Shown here piece after piece: positions 1 to 10,360 of a stretch of 64,000 nt of DNA. The stretch is from contig NZ_CP147020.1 in assembly GCF_037126435.1 (NCBI RefSeq), forward strand, positions 1,651,293 through 1,715,292, given 5' to 3'. This stretch comes from Bernardetia sp. ABR2-2B. Lineage in GTDB: Bacteria > Bacteroidota > Bacteroidia > Cytophagales > Bernardetiaceae. The position numbers and the translations under genes were made by a program. Numbering within the stretch: the first letter of the stretch is position 1; the number at the start of each line of letters is the position of its first letter. The notes under the pieces are model-generated. The model did not search any database, was not told the DNA's origin, and saw only the letters and a program-made list of their open reading frames with translations.

Positions 1-1
1 A

Positions 2-598
2 AAAGAGATAGAAGAACTTGCTAATCAAGCCAATGAGATGTTAGCAGAAATGAGAGTAGAAAGTTCTATTAATTTGGATAATTTAGTTAACGAACTCGCT
101 TATCTAAATTATTCAGCAGGAAATTATTTTACTTCAAGAGAAATATACGAACTCGTAATTAAAGCAGATGAAAAACACAATGACACACAAGCTCTTACTA
201 CAGGAATTGCACTAAACGGTTTAGGTTTATTAGAAATGAATGATAAAAAATACATTGAAGCAGATAGTCTTTTTCATCAATCTTTAGAAATTCATAAAGC
301 TATTTTCAAAACTTCAAATCCTTCTTTGGCTACTTTGTATCTCAATATGGCAAAACTGTATATTTTGAAAAATGAATATCAAAAAGCAGAAAACAATCTT
401 GCTATTTCCTTAAAAATGAATCAAGATTTATTCAATGAAAAGCACACTAATTTTGCAGATATTGAAGTCGCTTATGGAGATTTAGCATTACAGCAAAATA
501 AAGAGGAAGAAGCAAATCAGCATTATCAAAAAGCATTGAAAATTTATTTAGCCAAATTTGATGAAGACCATTATAAAATACAATCTGTAAAAGAATAA
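2..598 (+). CDS. TPR-repeat protein, C-terminal fragment (ORF is open to the 5' window edge)
   Basis: The frame stays open from nt 2. Repeated 34-aa TPR-like units (e.g. LATLYLNMAKLYILKNEYQKAENNLAISLKMNQ, ANQHYQKALKIYLAKF). Confidence 0.5.
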   Translation, partial: KEIEELANQANEMLAEMRVESSINLDNLVNELAYLNYSAGNYFTSREIYELVIKADEKHNDTQALTTGIALNGLGLLEMNDKKYIEADSLFHQSLEIHKAIFKTSNPSLATLYLNMAKLYILKNEYQKAENNLAISLKMNQDLFNEKHTNFADIEVAYGDLALQQNKEEEANQHYQKALKIYLAKFDEDHYKIQSVKE

Positions 599-610
599 AT
601 AAAACTAACT

Positions 611-1186
611 CTAAAACAAAGCAATTCGCTTCTCCACTTCTTTCCTTACAGATTCAAATAGTTTGTGGGGGTTTGTGGTGCGCCAGTTGTCCCACTCGTC
701 CAAAATCCCTCCCCAAATAAGATAAGAATCCAGATTATAGGCGTTCATTTCTCTAAGTACAAACTCTCTAAAATTCAATAATACAATCCAACCATTTTCT
801 ACATCTTCAAACCACTCTTCATAATATTCATCATCTGAGCCATGGAAATTTAGTACATTTTCGCCTATCAAAATAAAATGAGTAATCCCTTCGCCTGTAA
901 AATAATCAATGACGTTTCTTTTGAGATGCATAATATCGTTGTGTAGCGCATCATTCCACTCTCCTATAAATTCTATAATGACAAAGTTTCTGTGATAATC
1001 TGCCATCAAAACTTTTACATAAAGCGTTTCAGAACCTATAAAATCCCAGTAAGGATGAATATAATATCCGTAAATTGCGTTGGTGTATTGGTTAGTATTG
1101 TACTCGGCTTCATAAAAAGGAGAACGCTCGTCAGTATTTGAGTCATAAGAAAATTCCCAACCGTAGAAAGGTTCTATATCGTGCAT
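611..1186 (-). CDS. hypothetical acidic Trp/Tyr-rich cytoplasmic protein
   Basis: Clean 191-aa ORF with no signal peptide and no recognisable catalytic motif. Very acidic and W/Y-rich composition. Confidence 0.35.
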   Translation of the reverse strand: MHDIEPFYGWEFSYDSNTDERSPFYEAEYNTNQYTNAIYGYYIHPYWDFIGSETLYVKVLMADYHRNFVIIEFIGEWNDALHNDIMHLKRNVIDYFTGEGITHFILIGENVLNFHGSDDEYYEEWFEDVENGWIVLLNFREFVLREMNAYNLDSYLIWGGILDEWDNWRTTNPHKLFESVRKEVEKRIALF

Positions 1187-1357
1187 AATGTATTCTGTAA
1201 GTGGCTTGAGATAGGATTTTGATTATAAAAACGTAAAATAGTCGTTTCTTGTTTTGATAAAAAGAAATTTGATGAATGTATGGTAGGATTAGTGAATGAT
1301 TTGTATGATATTTATGATGAACACAAGATTAATACAACTGTCTTTTTGCTAAACAAC

Positions 1358-1966
1358 ATGATTCGTTACCTCTACTTTATTGTCTTAATTTTTCTATTTT
1401 CAAATTGTCAGAATAAAGACAAAGATACTTTTTATACAACCCTCAAAGACGGACAAAAAATAGGTATTCGTTTAATAAAAAAAGAAAGTAAAAAACACAA
1501 ATATAACTTTGCAATTCAAACTTTTTTGAAAGAAGATAAAAATAAAATAAAGAAAAATAGAATTTTAGATGAATGGAAACTACCTTACCCAGTTTATAAT
1601 TTGGAGGTTGCTGATGCCGATAACGACGGACAAGATGATATTTGGGTAGGCGTAATTAAGAAAACTCGTTTTGATTCAATCCTACGAAAACGCCTTTTTT
1701 TATTTAAAATCATTGAGGGTAAAATACGTCCGTTGTGGTTAGGTTCACGAATGAGCAAACCTTTAGTAGATTTCTCTCCTGCTTATTTGATTGACTCTTT
1801 AAATAAAAATTCTACCAAAAAATGTATTATCAGAACTGTTGAGCAGGAAAAAAGTGGCAAATTTTTAGTAGCAAATTACTGTTGGAAAAGATTCGGAATA
1901 GAATTTATCAACTATGATATTAGAGAAACAGATAGCCTAACGGCAAGGAGTTTTTTAGAGAATTGA
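1358..1966 (+). CDS. hypothetical lipoprotein
   Basis: Internal Met followed by a lipoprotein signal (MIRYLYFIVLIFLFSNC). The ORF runs to 1966 and carries an Asp-rich DADNDGQDD motif. The tool-called start at 1280 is probably too early. Confidence 0.4.
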   Translation: MIRYLYFIVLIFLFSNCQNKDKDTFYTTLKDGQKIGIRLIKKESKKHKYNFAIQTFLKEDKNKIKKNRILDEWKLPYPVYNLEVADADNDGQDDIWVGVIKKTRFDSILRKRLFLFKIIEGKIRPLWLGSRMSKPLVDFSPAYLIDSLNKNSTKKCIIRTVEQEKSGKFLVANYCWKRFGIEFINYDIRETDSLTARSFLEN

Positions 1967-1974
1967 GAGCATAA

Positions 1975-2018
1975 AAAAACCTTGTTTTTTACTTTCTGAA
2001 AGCAAAAAACAAGGTTTT
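1975..2018. terminator. bidirectional rho-independent terminator between convergent genes
   Basis: aaaaaccttgtttttt ... aaaaaacaaggtttt is a perfect 13-bp stem with A/T runs on both sides. Confidence 0.5.
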
Positions 2019-2043
2019 AGAAGATTATTGAGAGTAAATTCCT

Positions 2044-2265
2044 TTACTTCATTTCCTCATCTTCTTGCCCATCATTACTTCTAAAATCATAGACTTTTTT
2101 AGCACCATAAGCTGCCCCTGCTGCTAAAAGAAGTGAAAGACCACCATCTATCGGTGCAGTTAGTGCGCCAGGAGGATCAACTGGAAAACCTCCTCCTTGC
2201 CCAAAGGCAAAGTCTATAATGAAAAAGGAAATCAGAAATACTATTATTTTTTTGAACATACTCAA
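2044..2265 (-). CDS. small secreted/membrane Gly-rich protein (73 aa)
   Basis: Signal peptide (MSMFKKIIVFLISFFIIDFAFGQ), a GGGFPVDPPG segment, a hydrophobic LSLLLAAGAAYGA segment followed by KK, then an acidic tail. It sits 88 bp downstream of the giant adhesin gene on the same strand. Confidence 0.3.
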   Translation of the reverse strand: MSMFKKIIVFLISFFIIDFAFGQGGGFPVDPPGALTAPIDGGLSLLLAAGAAYGAKKVYDFRSNDGQEDEEMK

Positions 2266-2353
2266 TATATTTTGATGTAGATAATTTCTTTTTAGTAATA
2301 AATAGCCATATCAATTATATTGAATACGGCTATTTTATAAAAATATTGCTTTT

Positions 2354-5300
2354 TTATTCTTTTACAATACGAACTGTCATTGTTTTGTCAGCATCAGAAA
2401 CTTGAAGCAAATACAAACCAGAAGCGTGTTTTTCTAAGTCTATTGTACCTTCCAAGAATGCACCTTCTTTTGATTGTTCTGATTCAAAGATTACTCTTCC
2501 TGTTGCATCAAACAAACGAATCGTATAAGCTCCTTCTCTGTCCGTTTTCAAACTATATGAAAAACTGTTTGGTGTTGGATTAGGATAAACCATCAACTTT
2601 TCATTTTCAAAGAAATCTTGACTTGCATCTGTTTTGAATAAAAGAACAAAACGCTTGATTTCATAACCTTTCTTAGCTTCAAACTTATAATCGCCTTCTG
2701 CTTTCAAATTATGAAGTGAATCGGTCAAAGAATCATACAAGTATAATTCGTGCTTAGAGTGGAAATATTTCATCGAACGAAGCGTAATTTCATAGTCTCC
2801 ATCTTTCAAAATATTCATTGCCAAAGGTAGCGTTTGATTTTCTTTGAAACTTCCCAAACCATTGATTGCAAAATATTCGCTTTCTTGCCCTTCTTCATTT
2901 TCATTGTAAGAATACAACGTAGAACGAGTAGCATTCATTTTGTGAAGTTTGGCAGCATCGTATTTTCCATCAAAGTTGGTTGTTGCACCTGCTTGGAAAT
3001 AAACTGTTGTCTCATCTAATGAATTACTAGATTTGAGGGCAACTCTAATCAAACCTTCCTTCAAATTTTCTGTCTCGGTAGTCTTAAAGAAACGAGTATC
3101 TGTCGTTAGACGAACTCCATTGTTCATATTGACTGTTCCTCCAGCCGTTGTTCTGACAAAGAAACCCTGCATAGAAGCAATTTCCTTTTTACCTCCATTA
3201 TTAGAAACTCCATTTACATATTCTGCAAAAACACCTTGGTATTGATTCACTGGAATATCAATATAAACAGCATCTTCAAGACCTGTAGAAGCAGCTAAAA
3301 CAAGTTCCCAATCGATAGGCGAAGGATATGGATTTCCTATTAAATTATACCCTTCTTGACTAAATCCACCACCACTATTTGTAACAGCAATAGACTGGTT
3401 GCCATTGTTGAGTGTTCCATTCAAATCTACTGTTACGCCTGTTGCAATGTTGGCTTGATAACCTCTAACAGCAGTCAAGTTTGCAGTTGTTGGTACTTTA
3501 TAATTTGAAATAAATGGATTATAATATGCACTTGTAACTGCTCCTGCATTTGTTTCTTCATATTGGAAGAAGGTAGGGAAAGGACGAACAAAAGCTGGTT
3601 CTGGAGCTGTGTTATAAGCTGTTGTCAGAACTAATCCCATATCATCTCCAAACTGTGAGACCGTTGCATCTGAAAAAGGAGAAGAAAATAAATGATAGCC
3701 CAAACCATCCGTACCACCTACGTCTGAAACAGCAGGTAAATAGCGTTCCATAATAACTGTTCCAACGATGGTATTGGTTGTAGAACCATTTATGAGTAAA
3801 GCTGTTTCATCTGTTGTCGAACGAAGAGCAAAATCTTGTCCTGTATTGACAGTCATTTGTGCTGTTCCTTCCATTTCTAAGACTTTATTTATGCTCATAT
3901 AGCCATCAATAATAAGACTAATTCCTGTATTTACTTTTATACCATCAATATTAATATCAGTATAATCTGTAAAAGCAGTAGGAGAAGTAAACGTTAGGTT
4001 TTTATCAACAACTACATTTTCATCATAAAGTCTAGCAGATTGTGGTTCAATAACATCGTTTGCTATTGCTGCATCAACGGCTTGTTGAATAGTAGGATAG
4101 AAAACACCTGTACGAACCAAAAGTACATCGCCAGAGGAAGTATTTATTCCCTCTACTGCAAAATCATAAGCTGCTTCATCACAATCATTATTATTTATGG
4201 TAATGGTGGCATTTTTTGTTCCTCCTCCTGAAGGAGTAAAAGTAACATCAAAAGTTGCTGTTCCACTTGCTGCTACCACAGCAGGAACATTACTAACTAC
4301 AAAATCCCCACTATTTGTACCACTAGAAATAATAGAAGAAATGGTAAGAGCTTCCGTTCCTGTATTCTCAATTGTGTATGTAATAGTTCGTAAAGTAGTA
4401 TTTCCAAAATCAGTATCATCAGCTACATCTGGTGTTACATCGCCATCTGTAATAGAGACTGAGTTACCTAAAACATCAATTTCTCTTGTAGAATTTACCG
4501 TTACCGTTTGTGTGGCTGTTACCGTATTTCCATTTCCATCATCTGCTGTCCAAGTAACAGTTGTATTTCCAATAGAAAAAGGAGGTGTCGCATCATTTGT
4601 AAATGTAGGTGTTCCACAATTATCTGTTCCTGTTGGTGTGCCTAAAGCTACTCCAGAAGCTGTACAAGCTCCTACATCTGTATTTACTATTACATTAGTT
4701 GGTGCTGTAATGGTTGGATTTGTTACATCATTAAGAATTACATTTTGGTCAGCAGTAGATGTATTTCCATTTCCATCATCAAATGTCCAAGTTACAACGG
4801 TTGTACCTTGTGCTGTGATTGGAAATATTGTTCCTGTTGTTCCTGTAACAGTTCCAACACAGTTATCTGTAGTTGTTGGAGCAGTTGGTGTAGCGCTACA
4901 TTCAGCCGTAACATCTGCTAATGTCGGAACTACTGGAGCAGTAATATCATTAAGAATTACATTTTGGTCAGCAGTAGATGTATTTCCATTTCCATCATCA
5001 AATGTCCAAGTTACAACGGTTGTACCTTGTGCTGTGATTGGAAATATTGTTCCTGTTGTTCCTGTAACAGTTCCAACACAGTTATCTGTAGTTGTTGGAG
5101 CAGTTGGTGTAGAGCTACATTCAGCTGTAACATCTGCTAATGTCGGAACTACTGGAGCAGTAATATCATTAAGAATTACATTTTGGTCAGCAGTAGATGT
5201 ATTTCCATTTCCATCATCAAATGTCCAAGTTACAACGGTTGTACCTTGTGCTGTGATTGGAAATATTGTTCCTGTTGTTCCTGTAACAGTTCCAACACAG

Positions 5301-8300
5301 TTATCTGTAGTTGTTGGAGCAGTTGGTGTAGAGCTACATTCAGCCGTAACATCTGCTAATGTCGGAACTACTGGAGCAGTAACATCATTAAGAATTACAT
5401 TTTGGTCAGCAGTAGATGTATTTCCATTTCCATCATCAAATGTCCAAGTTACAACGGTTGTACCTTGTGCTGTGATTGGAAATATTGTTCCTGTTGTTCC
5501 TGTAACAGTTCCAACGCAGTTATCTGTAGTTGTTGGAGCAGTTGGTGTAGAGCTACATTCAGCCGTAACATCTGCTAATGTCGGAACTACTGGAGCTACA
5601 TTATCAGCTGTTCCATTTCCATTAATTGCAAAAGTATAAGGGTTTTCATCAGCATCATCGTTAGTAATAGTTACTAAAGCAGCTCTATTTCCTGTTGCAG
5701 AAGGATCAAAAGTAACTGTAAAAGTTTGTGTTCCTGTTGTAGCTGCTACTGTTGCAGGGAAAGCAGGAAGACCACTTAAAGTAAAATCAGCAGCATTTGT
5801 TCCTGTTACAGTAATATTATTTACTGTTAAAGCTGCTCCACCTGTATTTTGAATAGTATATGTCTTAGCAAGATTATTCGTTCCACATTCAGCTACACCT
5901 CCAAAATCTGTATCATTAGTCGGACTTGTAGTTCCTGTTCCACTAACAATATTATTTCCATTACCTTGTACATTGATTTCAGGAAATAGGGATTGGATTC
6001 CTTGTACTGCAAAATCATAAATTGCTTCATCACAGTCATCATTATTTACAGTAATAGTTGCTGTTCTTGTTCCTGCCCCAGAAGGTGTAAAGGTAACGTC
6101 AAAAGTAATACTATTACCTGCCATTATTGTTGCTGGTAGCGTAATGTTACTGATTACAAAATCTCCTGCATTTGTACCACTTGAAACAATTGAAGAAATT
6201 GCCAAATCTGCCGTTCCCGTATTCTCAATAGTATAAGTAATTAATCTATCTGTAACTACAGTTCCAAAATCAGTGTTATCAGCTACATTTGGTGTAGCAT
6301 CACCATCTACAATAGAAACAGAATTACCTAAAAGATTAATTTCTTGTTGAGGAGTTGCAACTGTTCCACTAACTCCATTAGCAGATCCATCTATCCAATT
6401 TGAAGTAGCTCCTGCTAGAGAAAACCCAGTTAGTGTTCCATCATTGTTACTAGATGTTAGGTCATTAAGGGTTGTAAGTCCTGCATTATTACCTGCTGCA
6501 AGACCTTGATTAAAATTATAATAGGTTACTAAACCAGCTTCTGTTCCTATCAATTCATTATTCATATTAGCCTTAATCTCTGAACAAGTACGAGCTGTAC
6601 TCCAGATTCGAATTTCATCTAATGCTCCTTCATAGTTTCCATTTGTAAGCCCTCTTCCTATAAATAGTGTTGAAGAAGCGGGAACATTATGTACGCCTGG
6701 GACATCACTTTTTTGTAATTCACCATTTACATATACACTTCTAGTTGTTCCATCGTAAGTAGCAGCATAGTGATACCAATTTCCTGATAAGTCTGTTAAA
6801 GGTATATCTATATCATTAGCCCACCAGTAATGTCGTATTCTTAAAGATGTATTAATATTTACTTCAATTGCATTAGCTTGATTATTAACAGCATTTCCCC
6901 ATCCAATCACACCTCTCACTCCTGATAGAATAGGTTTGAACCATAATTCAATAGTATATGGATCATTGCCAGTTGGAAGGTTGGTAGGAGTTGCTATTGT
7001 TATTAGGTCATTGTTACCATCAAAATCAAGTGCAGTAGCTGGGGAAGCAGCTGGAACGAAAGTAATAAGGAAGTTATCAACTGCAGCACCAACATCTGTT
7101 ATAGTAACATCAGATTTGAATACTATTCTAAATGCTACGTCAAGATTTCCTGCTAAACTAGAAACATCAAGTGATTTTGTAAAATAGTTTGCATTGGTAG
7201 CAGACATAAATGGAGTTCCTGAAGGACCGAATACTGTAGGGTCTGGACCACCTCCAATTACCGAGTTATACCAAGCTGCACCTGTAGTAGCTGTTCCTAA
7301 TTTTGTCCAAGAAGTACCTCTGTCAGTAGAATATTCTACAATCATTCCATCATAACCTGTTTCATAAACATGCTTTGTTTCAAAGGATAAATTATATGTA
7401 CCTGCTGCAGAGAAATCAAAGTTAGGTGCATAAAGGTTAGAATGTGAATTATTCAAATAATCTCCTGTAAGACCTGTAACCCATGCGTTTGCACCACTTG
7501 CTGTTCCATTTTTTCCTGCTGTGGCAGAGTTTCCACGTTCCCACATTGTTGCTCCTCCTACATTATCGGCTGCAAAGTCTAATGGATTGACATCAAAGTT
7601 TCCTCCATCAGTAATAGCATAAGGTACAGGGCGATCTGGTAAAACAGTTATAGTTCTAGTAGTAGTCAGGACTCCTCCACCTCCGTTTATGCTAAGAGTA
7701 ATTGTTTTGATACCTGGAGTAGAATAAGAAATTGTATGAGGACCTGTTGTATTGGCAGTAGCTGTACTTGCACCAGCATCAAAGTTCCAATCCCAAGAAG
7801 TAGCACCTGCTGAGGCATCAGTAAATATTACATCTTTATTCATATAAACAAGATCCTTATCTGCTGAAAAATCAGCAGCAGCAGGAGAAAATACATTTGT
7901 TGTGAATATGCCTCTACCATGTGTAGCTACTGCAACTAGATTATCAGAACTACGAATTTGGAACATATCACAACGAGTATTAGCAAGTCCTGTGCTTGAT
8001 AATTCCCAAAAATCGCCAGCAGCACCTGCTGTAATATCATCTGTACTCCAAACACCTGTTTCTGTTGCAATCAATACTTCATTCGTATTATTAGGATTAA
8101 ACATTGCCCAACGAACTGGCATATCTGGTAAGCCGTGTGCAGTATCTTTGCTTGTCCAAGAAGTTCCTCCATCGTCTGTGTACCAAACGCTCTGTGCTCC
8201 GTAGTTAGAATACGTAACTACCATCTGATTTTCGCTTGTACCAAATTCAATAGAAGAGACAGAACCTTGCGTTTGCATAGTACCGTTTGATAATACAGTT

Positions 8301-10360
8301 CCTGTTTTATTTGGTCCTCCACCTGCATTTGCATTAGGAACTCTTACTACTTCCCCTGCACTTGTACCTATATAAAGCGTTGTAGAAGCAGCTGTAAAAG
8401 GAGAAGCTTTTAAGTGTGTAACGTCTCCAGTCATACCTGTTACATTATAATCATTACGAGTTCCACCTGGAACAGTCCATCTAGCAAAGTTTCGATTTCC
8501 TTTGGAAGATGAATAAAGTAAATCTAAATCATCATGATAATCTGCTGGATTGATAAATTCTCCTGTATTGTTGTCTCCAGCTCCTAAGTCTATAAAATTA
8601 CCTCCTCCATTAGTAGATACATAGAAATTGTTAAATACATACGAACTAATCTGAATATTTGGATTATCTTGGTCTATAAAACAAAATGCTCCATCTCCTC
8701 CAGTTGGTTGCGTACTTCCACCTACTCCTGCTGAAGTAAGTTTACGTGTTCCATTATCTTGTGTACCTCCGAGTAAATAATTAGAACCATTATTCGGATT
8801 CATTGCAACAGCATAAAACTGAGTAACATTATATCCTGAATTTCTATCATTGAAAGCAGGAGTACCAGCTTGTATATTTGCACTATACGAAACACCACCA
8901 TCACTACCTACTAACATCTCATCAGAACTACCTGGTTTGTAAGCAAAGGCATGAATATCTGCATGAACATAAGGTCCACACTCACCTGTCCAGTAAGAAA
9001 TAGATGTCCAGTTTGCTCCTCCATCAGTTGTACGGTGTACATCAATACCACCAACAACTACATGATTAGGATTAGTAGGGTTCACTTGTAAAATTAAATC
9101 GTACCAAGCTTGTCCACGAGTAAATTGCGTTCCATTAGTAGCACAGCCTCCTTGATTACGGTATAGTGGAATAGTTACATCTGTCCAAGAAACACCTGCA
9201 TTAATAGATTTTTTGAAGAATGCAATATTATTGGTGCTTGCATCATGTGCAACAGCATATAAAATATCGCTATTTGATGGTGCAGATGCAATCTCTATTC
9301 TTCTTGTGTTAGCAGAAATACCAGCAGGTGTTACTTCTGTCCAGTTTACTCCATCATTCGTCGATTTATAAATAGAGCCTACAACTCCTCCAAATAATGC
9401 AGTTGTTCCATAAAGAGTACCATCAGCAGCTACTTCCAAATCAGCAGCACGAGTAGAGGTTTCAGGCAATGTTACTTTTACCCAATTAGTTCCTCCATCA
9501 GCAGAGCGAAAGATACCACCACTATTTGCACTAGTAGAGTTGAACCCATCAGTACGACAAGCTGCAAGTAGTGTTCCTGTAGGAGTTACTACAATTTTCT
9601 GTACATATTGAAAATCATCTGTTACTGTAGGTGAAGTATTAGCTAGTCTTGCCCAATTAGCTCCTCCATCAGTAGTTTTCCAAATACCTGCACCACGCTG
9701 CATTCCACCACCAAAGAAACCTTCTCCAGTAGATACATACATGTTTTGTGTATTTGATGGGTCATAAGCAATAGATGAAATTGCTATATTTTCCCAAAAA
9801 TTATCAACAGCTACCCAAGTTGGGTTAGCTACTGTAATATCATTGGTGTACCAAAGTCCACCACCAACACCACCAGCCCAAACCTTTCTGCCTGTAGCAT
9901 CATTTGGGTCGTACATAAGCGCACGAGTACGTCCACCTACATCATTAGGACCACGTTCTATCCAGTTTACCCCAGCAATAGCTCTTTGATTTTGGCTAAG
10001 AGCATTCAGACGTAAATCTGTAAATTCATTTGCTTTTATACGAGCATTTTCAGGAATATCACCTGTATTTGGATTTGCTGTGCGTAGATAATCTTGAAGC
10101 ATTGCTAAATCTGGACGATCTTTTTTTGCAATTTTTTTCAAGTCTTTTTTTGACCAGCCTTGATATTTATTATATAAGGCTTGATAGTAAGCATATTTTT
10201 CTTTCCCTTTTAGTTGTGAAGGGTCTTTAACTTCTGATAATTCAGAGAGCAGTAATTCATTTTTGGAATTATTTTCCCAAATCAAATACCCTGTAGTACT
10301 TATTAGGAAAAATAGAACAAATCCAATAATATAATTGGAATAGGAGGAAAGGTTTTTCAT
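2354..10360 (-). CDS. giant T9SS-secreted cell-surface adhesin (BNR/sortilin-like repeats, LamG-like jelly-roll, HYR-like Cys-containing repeats, C-terminal T9SS sorting domain)
   Basis: 2668-aa ORF. Multiple S/TxDGGxxW BNR-like motifs in the N-terminal third. LamG-like signature (DEIRIWSTARTCSEIKANMNNEL). Four near-identical 73-aa units (APVVPTLADVTAECSSTPTAPTTTDNCVGTV...). The C-terminal ~80 aa (KLMVYPNPTPNSFSYSL...LYLLQVSDADKTMTVRIVKE) matches the T9SS type-A CTD pattern. Confidence 0.85.
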   Translation of the reverse strand: MKNLSSYSNYIIGFVLFFLISTTGYLIWENNSKNELLLSELSEVKDPSQLKGKEKYAYYQALYNKYQGWSKKDLKKIAKKDRPDLAMLQDYLRTANPNTGDIPENARIKANEFTDLRLNALSQNQRAIAGVNWIERGPNDVGGRTRALMYDPNDATGRKVWAGGVGGGLWYTNDITVANPTWVAVDNFWENIAISSIAYDPSNTQNMYVSTGEGFFGGGMQRGAGIWKTTDGGANWARLANTSPTVTDDFQYVQKIVVTPTGTLLAACRTDGFNSTSANSGGIFRSADGGTNWVKVTLPETSTRAADLEVAADGTLYGTTALFGGVVGSIYKSTNDGVNWTEVTPAGISANTRRIEIASAPSNSDILYAVAHDASTNNIAFFKKSINAGVSWTDVTIPLYRNQGGCATNGTQFTRGQAWYDLILQVNPTNPNHVVVGGIDVHRTTDGGANWTSISYWTGECGPYVHADIHAFAYKPGSSDEMLVGSDGGVSYSANIQAGTPAFNDRNSGYNVTQFYAVAMNPNNGSNYLLGGTQDNGTRKLTSAGVGGSTQPTGGDGAFCFIDQDNPNIQISSYVFNNFYVSTNGGGNFIDLGAGDNNTGEFINPADYHDDLDLLYSSSKGNRNFARWTVPGGTRNDYNVTGMTGDVTHLKASPFTAASTTLYIGTSAGEVVRVPNANAGGGPNKTGTVLSNGTMQTQGSVSSIEFGTSENQMVVTYSNYGAQSVWYTDDGGTSWTSKDTAHGLPDMPVRWAMFNPNNTNEVLIATETGVWSTDDITAGAAGDFWELSSTGLANTRCDMFQIRSSDNLVAVATHGRGIFTTNVFSPAAADFSADKDLVYMNKDVIFTDASAGATSWDWNFDAGASTATANTTGPHTISYSTPGIKTITLSINGGGGVLTTTRTITVLPDRPVPYAITDGGNFDVNPLDFAADNVGGATMWERGNSATAGKNGTASGANAWVTGLTGDYLNNSHSNLYAPNFDFSAAGTYNLSFETKHVYETGYDGMIVEYSTDRGTSWTKLGTATTGAAWYNSVIGGGPDPTVFGPSGTPFMSATNANYFTKSLDVSSLAGNLDVAFRIVFKSDVTITDVGAAVDNFLITFVPAASPATALDFDGNNDLITIATPTNLPTGNDPYTIELWFKPILSGVRGVIGWGNAVNNQANAIEVNINTSLRIRHYWWANDIDIPLTDLSGNWYHYAATYDGTTRSVYVNGELQKSDVPGVHNVPASSTLFIGRGLTNGNYEGALDEIRIWSTARTCSEIKANMNNELIGTEAGLVTYYNFNQGLAAGNNAGLTTLNDLTSSNNDGTLTGFSLAGATSNWIDGSANGVSGTVATPQQEINLLGNSVSIVDGDATPNVADNTDFGTVVTDRLITYTIENTGTADLAISSIVSSGTNAGDFVISNITLPATIMAGNSITFDVTFTPSGAGTRTATITVNNDDCDEAIYDFAVQGIQSLFPEINVQGNGNNIVSGTGTTSPTNDTDFGGVAECGTNNLAKTYTIQNTGGAALTVNNITVTGTNAADFTLSGLPAFPATVAATTGTQTFTVTFDPSATGNRAALVTITNDDADENPYTFAINGNGTADNVAPVVPTLADVTAECSSTPTAPTTTDNCVGTVTGTTGTIFPITAQGTTVVTWTFDDGNGNTSTADQNVILNDVTAPVVPTLADVTAECSSTPTAPTTTDNCVGTVTGTTGTIFPITAQGTTVVTWTFDDGNGNTSTADQNVILNDITAPVVPTLADVTAECSSTPTAPTTTDNCVGTVTGTTGTIFPITAQGTTVVTWTFDDGNGNTSTADQNVILNDITAPVVPTLADVTAECSATPTAPTTTDNCVGTVTGTTGTIFPITAQGTTVVTWTFDDGNGNTSTADQNVILNDVTNPTITAPTNVIVNTDVGACTASGVALGTPTGTDNCGTPTFTNDATPPFSIGNTTVTWTADDGNGNTVTATQTVTVNSTREIDVLGNSVSITDGDVTPDVADDTDFGNTTLRTITYTIENTGTEALTISSIISSGTNSGDFVVSNVPAVVAASGTATFDVTFTPSGGGTKNATITINNNDCDEAAYDFAVEGINTSSGDVLLVRTGVFYPTIQQAVDAAIANDVIEPQSARLYDENVVVDKNLTFTSPTAFTDYTDINIDGIKVNTGISLIIDGYMSINKVLEMEGTAQMTVNTGQDFALRSTTDETALLINGSTTNTIVGTVIMERYLPAVSDVGGTDGLGYHLFSSPFSDATVSQFGDDMGLVLTTAYNTAPEPAFVRPFPTFFQYEETNAGAVTSAYYNPFISNYKVPTTANLTAVRGYQANIATGVTVDLNGTLNNGNQSIAVTNSGGGFSQEGYNLIGNPYPSPIDWELVLAASTGLEDAVYIDIPVNQYQGVFAEYVNGVSNNGGKKEIASMQGFFVRTTAGGTVNMNNGVRLTTDTRFFKTTETENLKEGLIRVALKSSNSLDETTVYFQAGATTNFDGKYDAAKLHKMNATRSTLYSYNENEEGQESEYFAINGLGSFKENQTLPLAMNILKDGDYEITLRSMKYFHSKHELYLYDSLTDSLHNLKAEGDYKFEAKKGYEIKRFVLLFKTDASQDFFENEKLMVYPNPTPNSFSYSLKTDREGAYTIRLFDATGRVIFESEQSKEGAFLEGTIDLEKHASGLYLLQVSDADKTMTVRIVKE
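4728..5603. repeat. four near-identical 219-bp direct tandem repeats inside the adhesin gene, plus a degenerate fifth unit at about 4509-4727
   Basis: Unit starts at 4728, 4947, 5166 and 5385 all begin tcattaagaattacattttggtcagcagtagatg, with only a few single-base differences per 219 bp. They encode the 73-aa HYR-like units. Confidence 0.9.

Noticed and set aside
4197-5639. 480-aa ORF on the plus strand, antisense to the giant adhesin gene
   Set aside because: It lies entirely inside the 219-bp tandem-repeat block. Its product is a low-complexity V/T/S/P-rich repeat created by the repeat periodicity. It is a frame artefact, not a gene.
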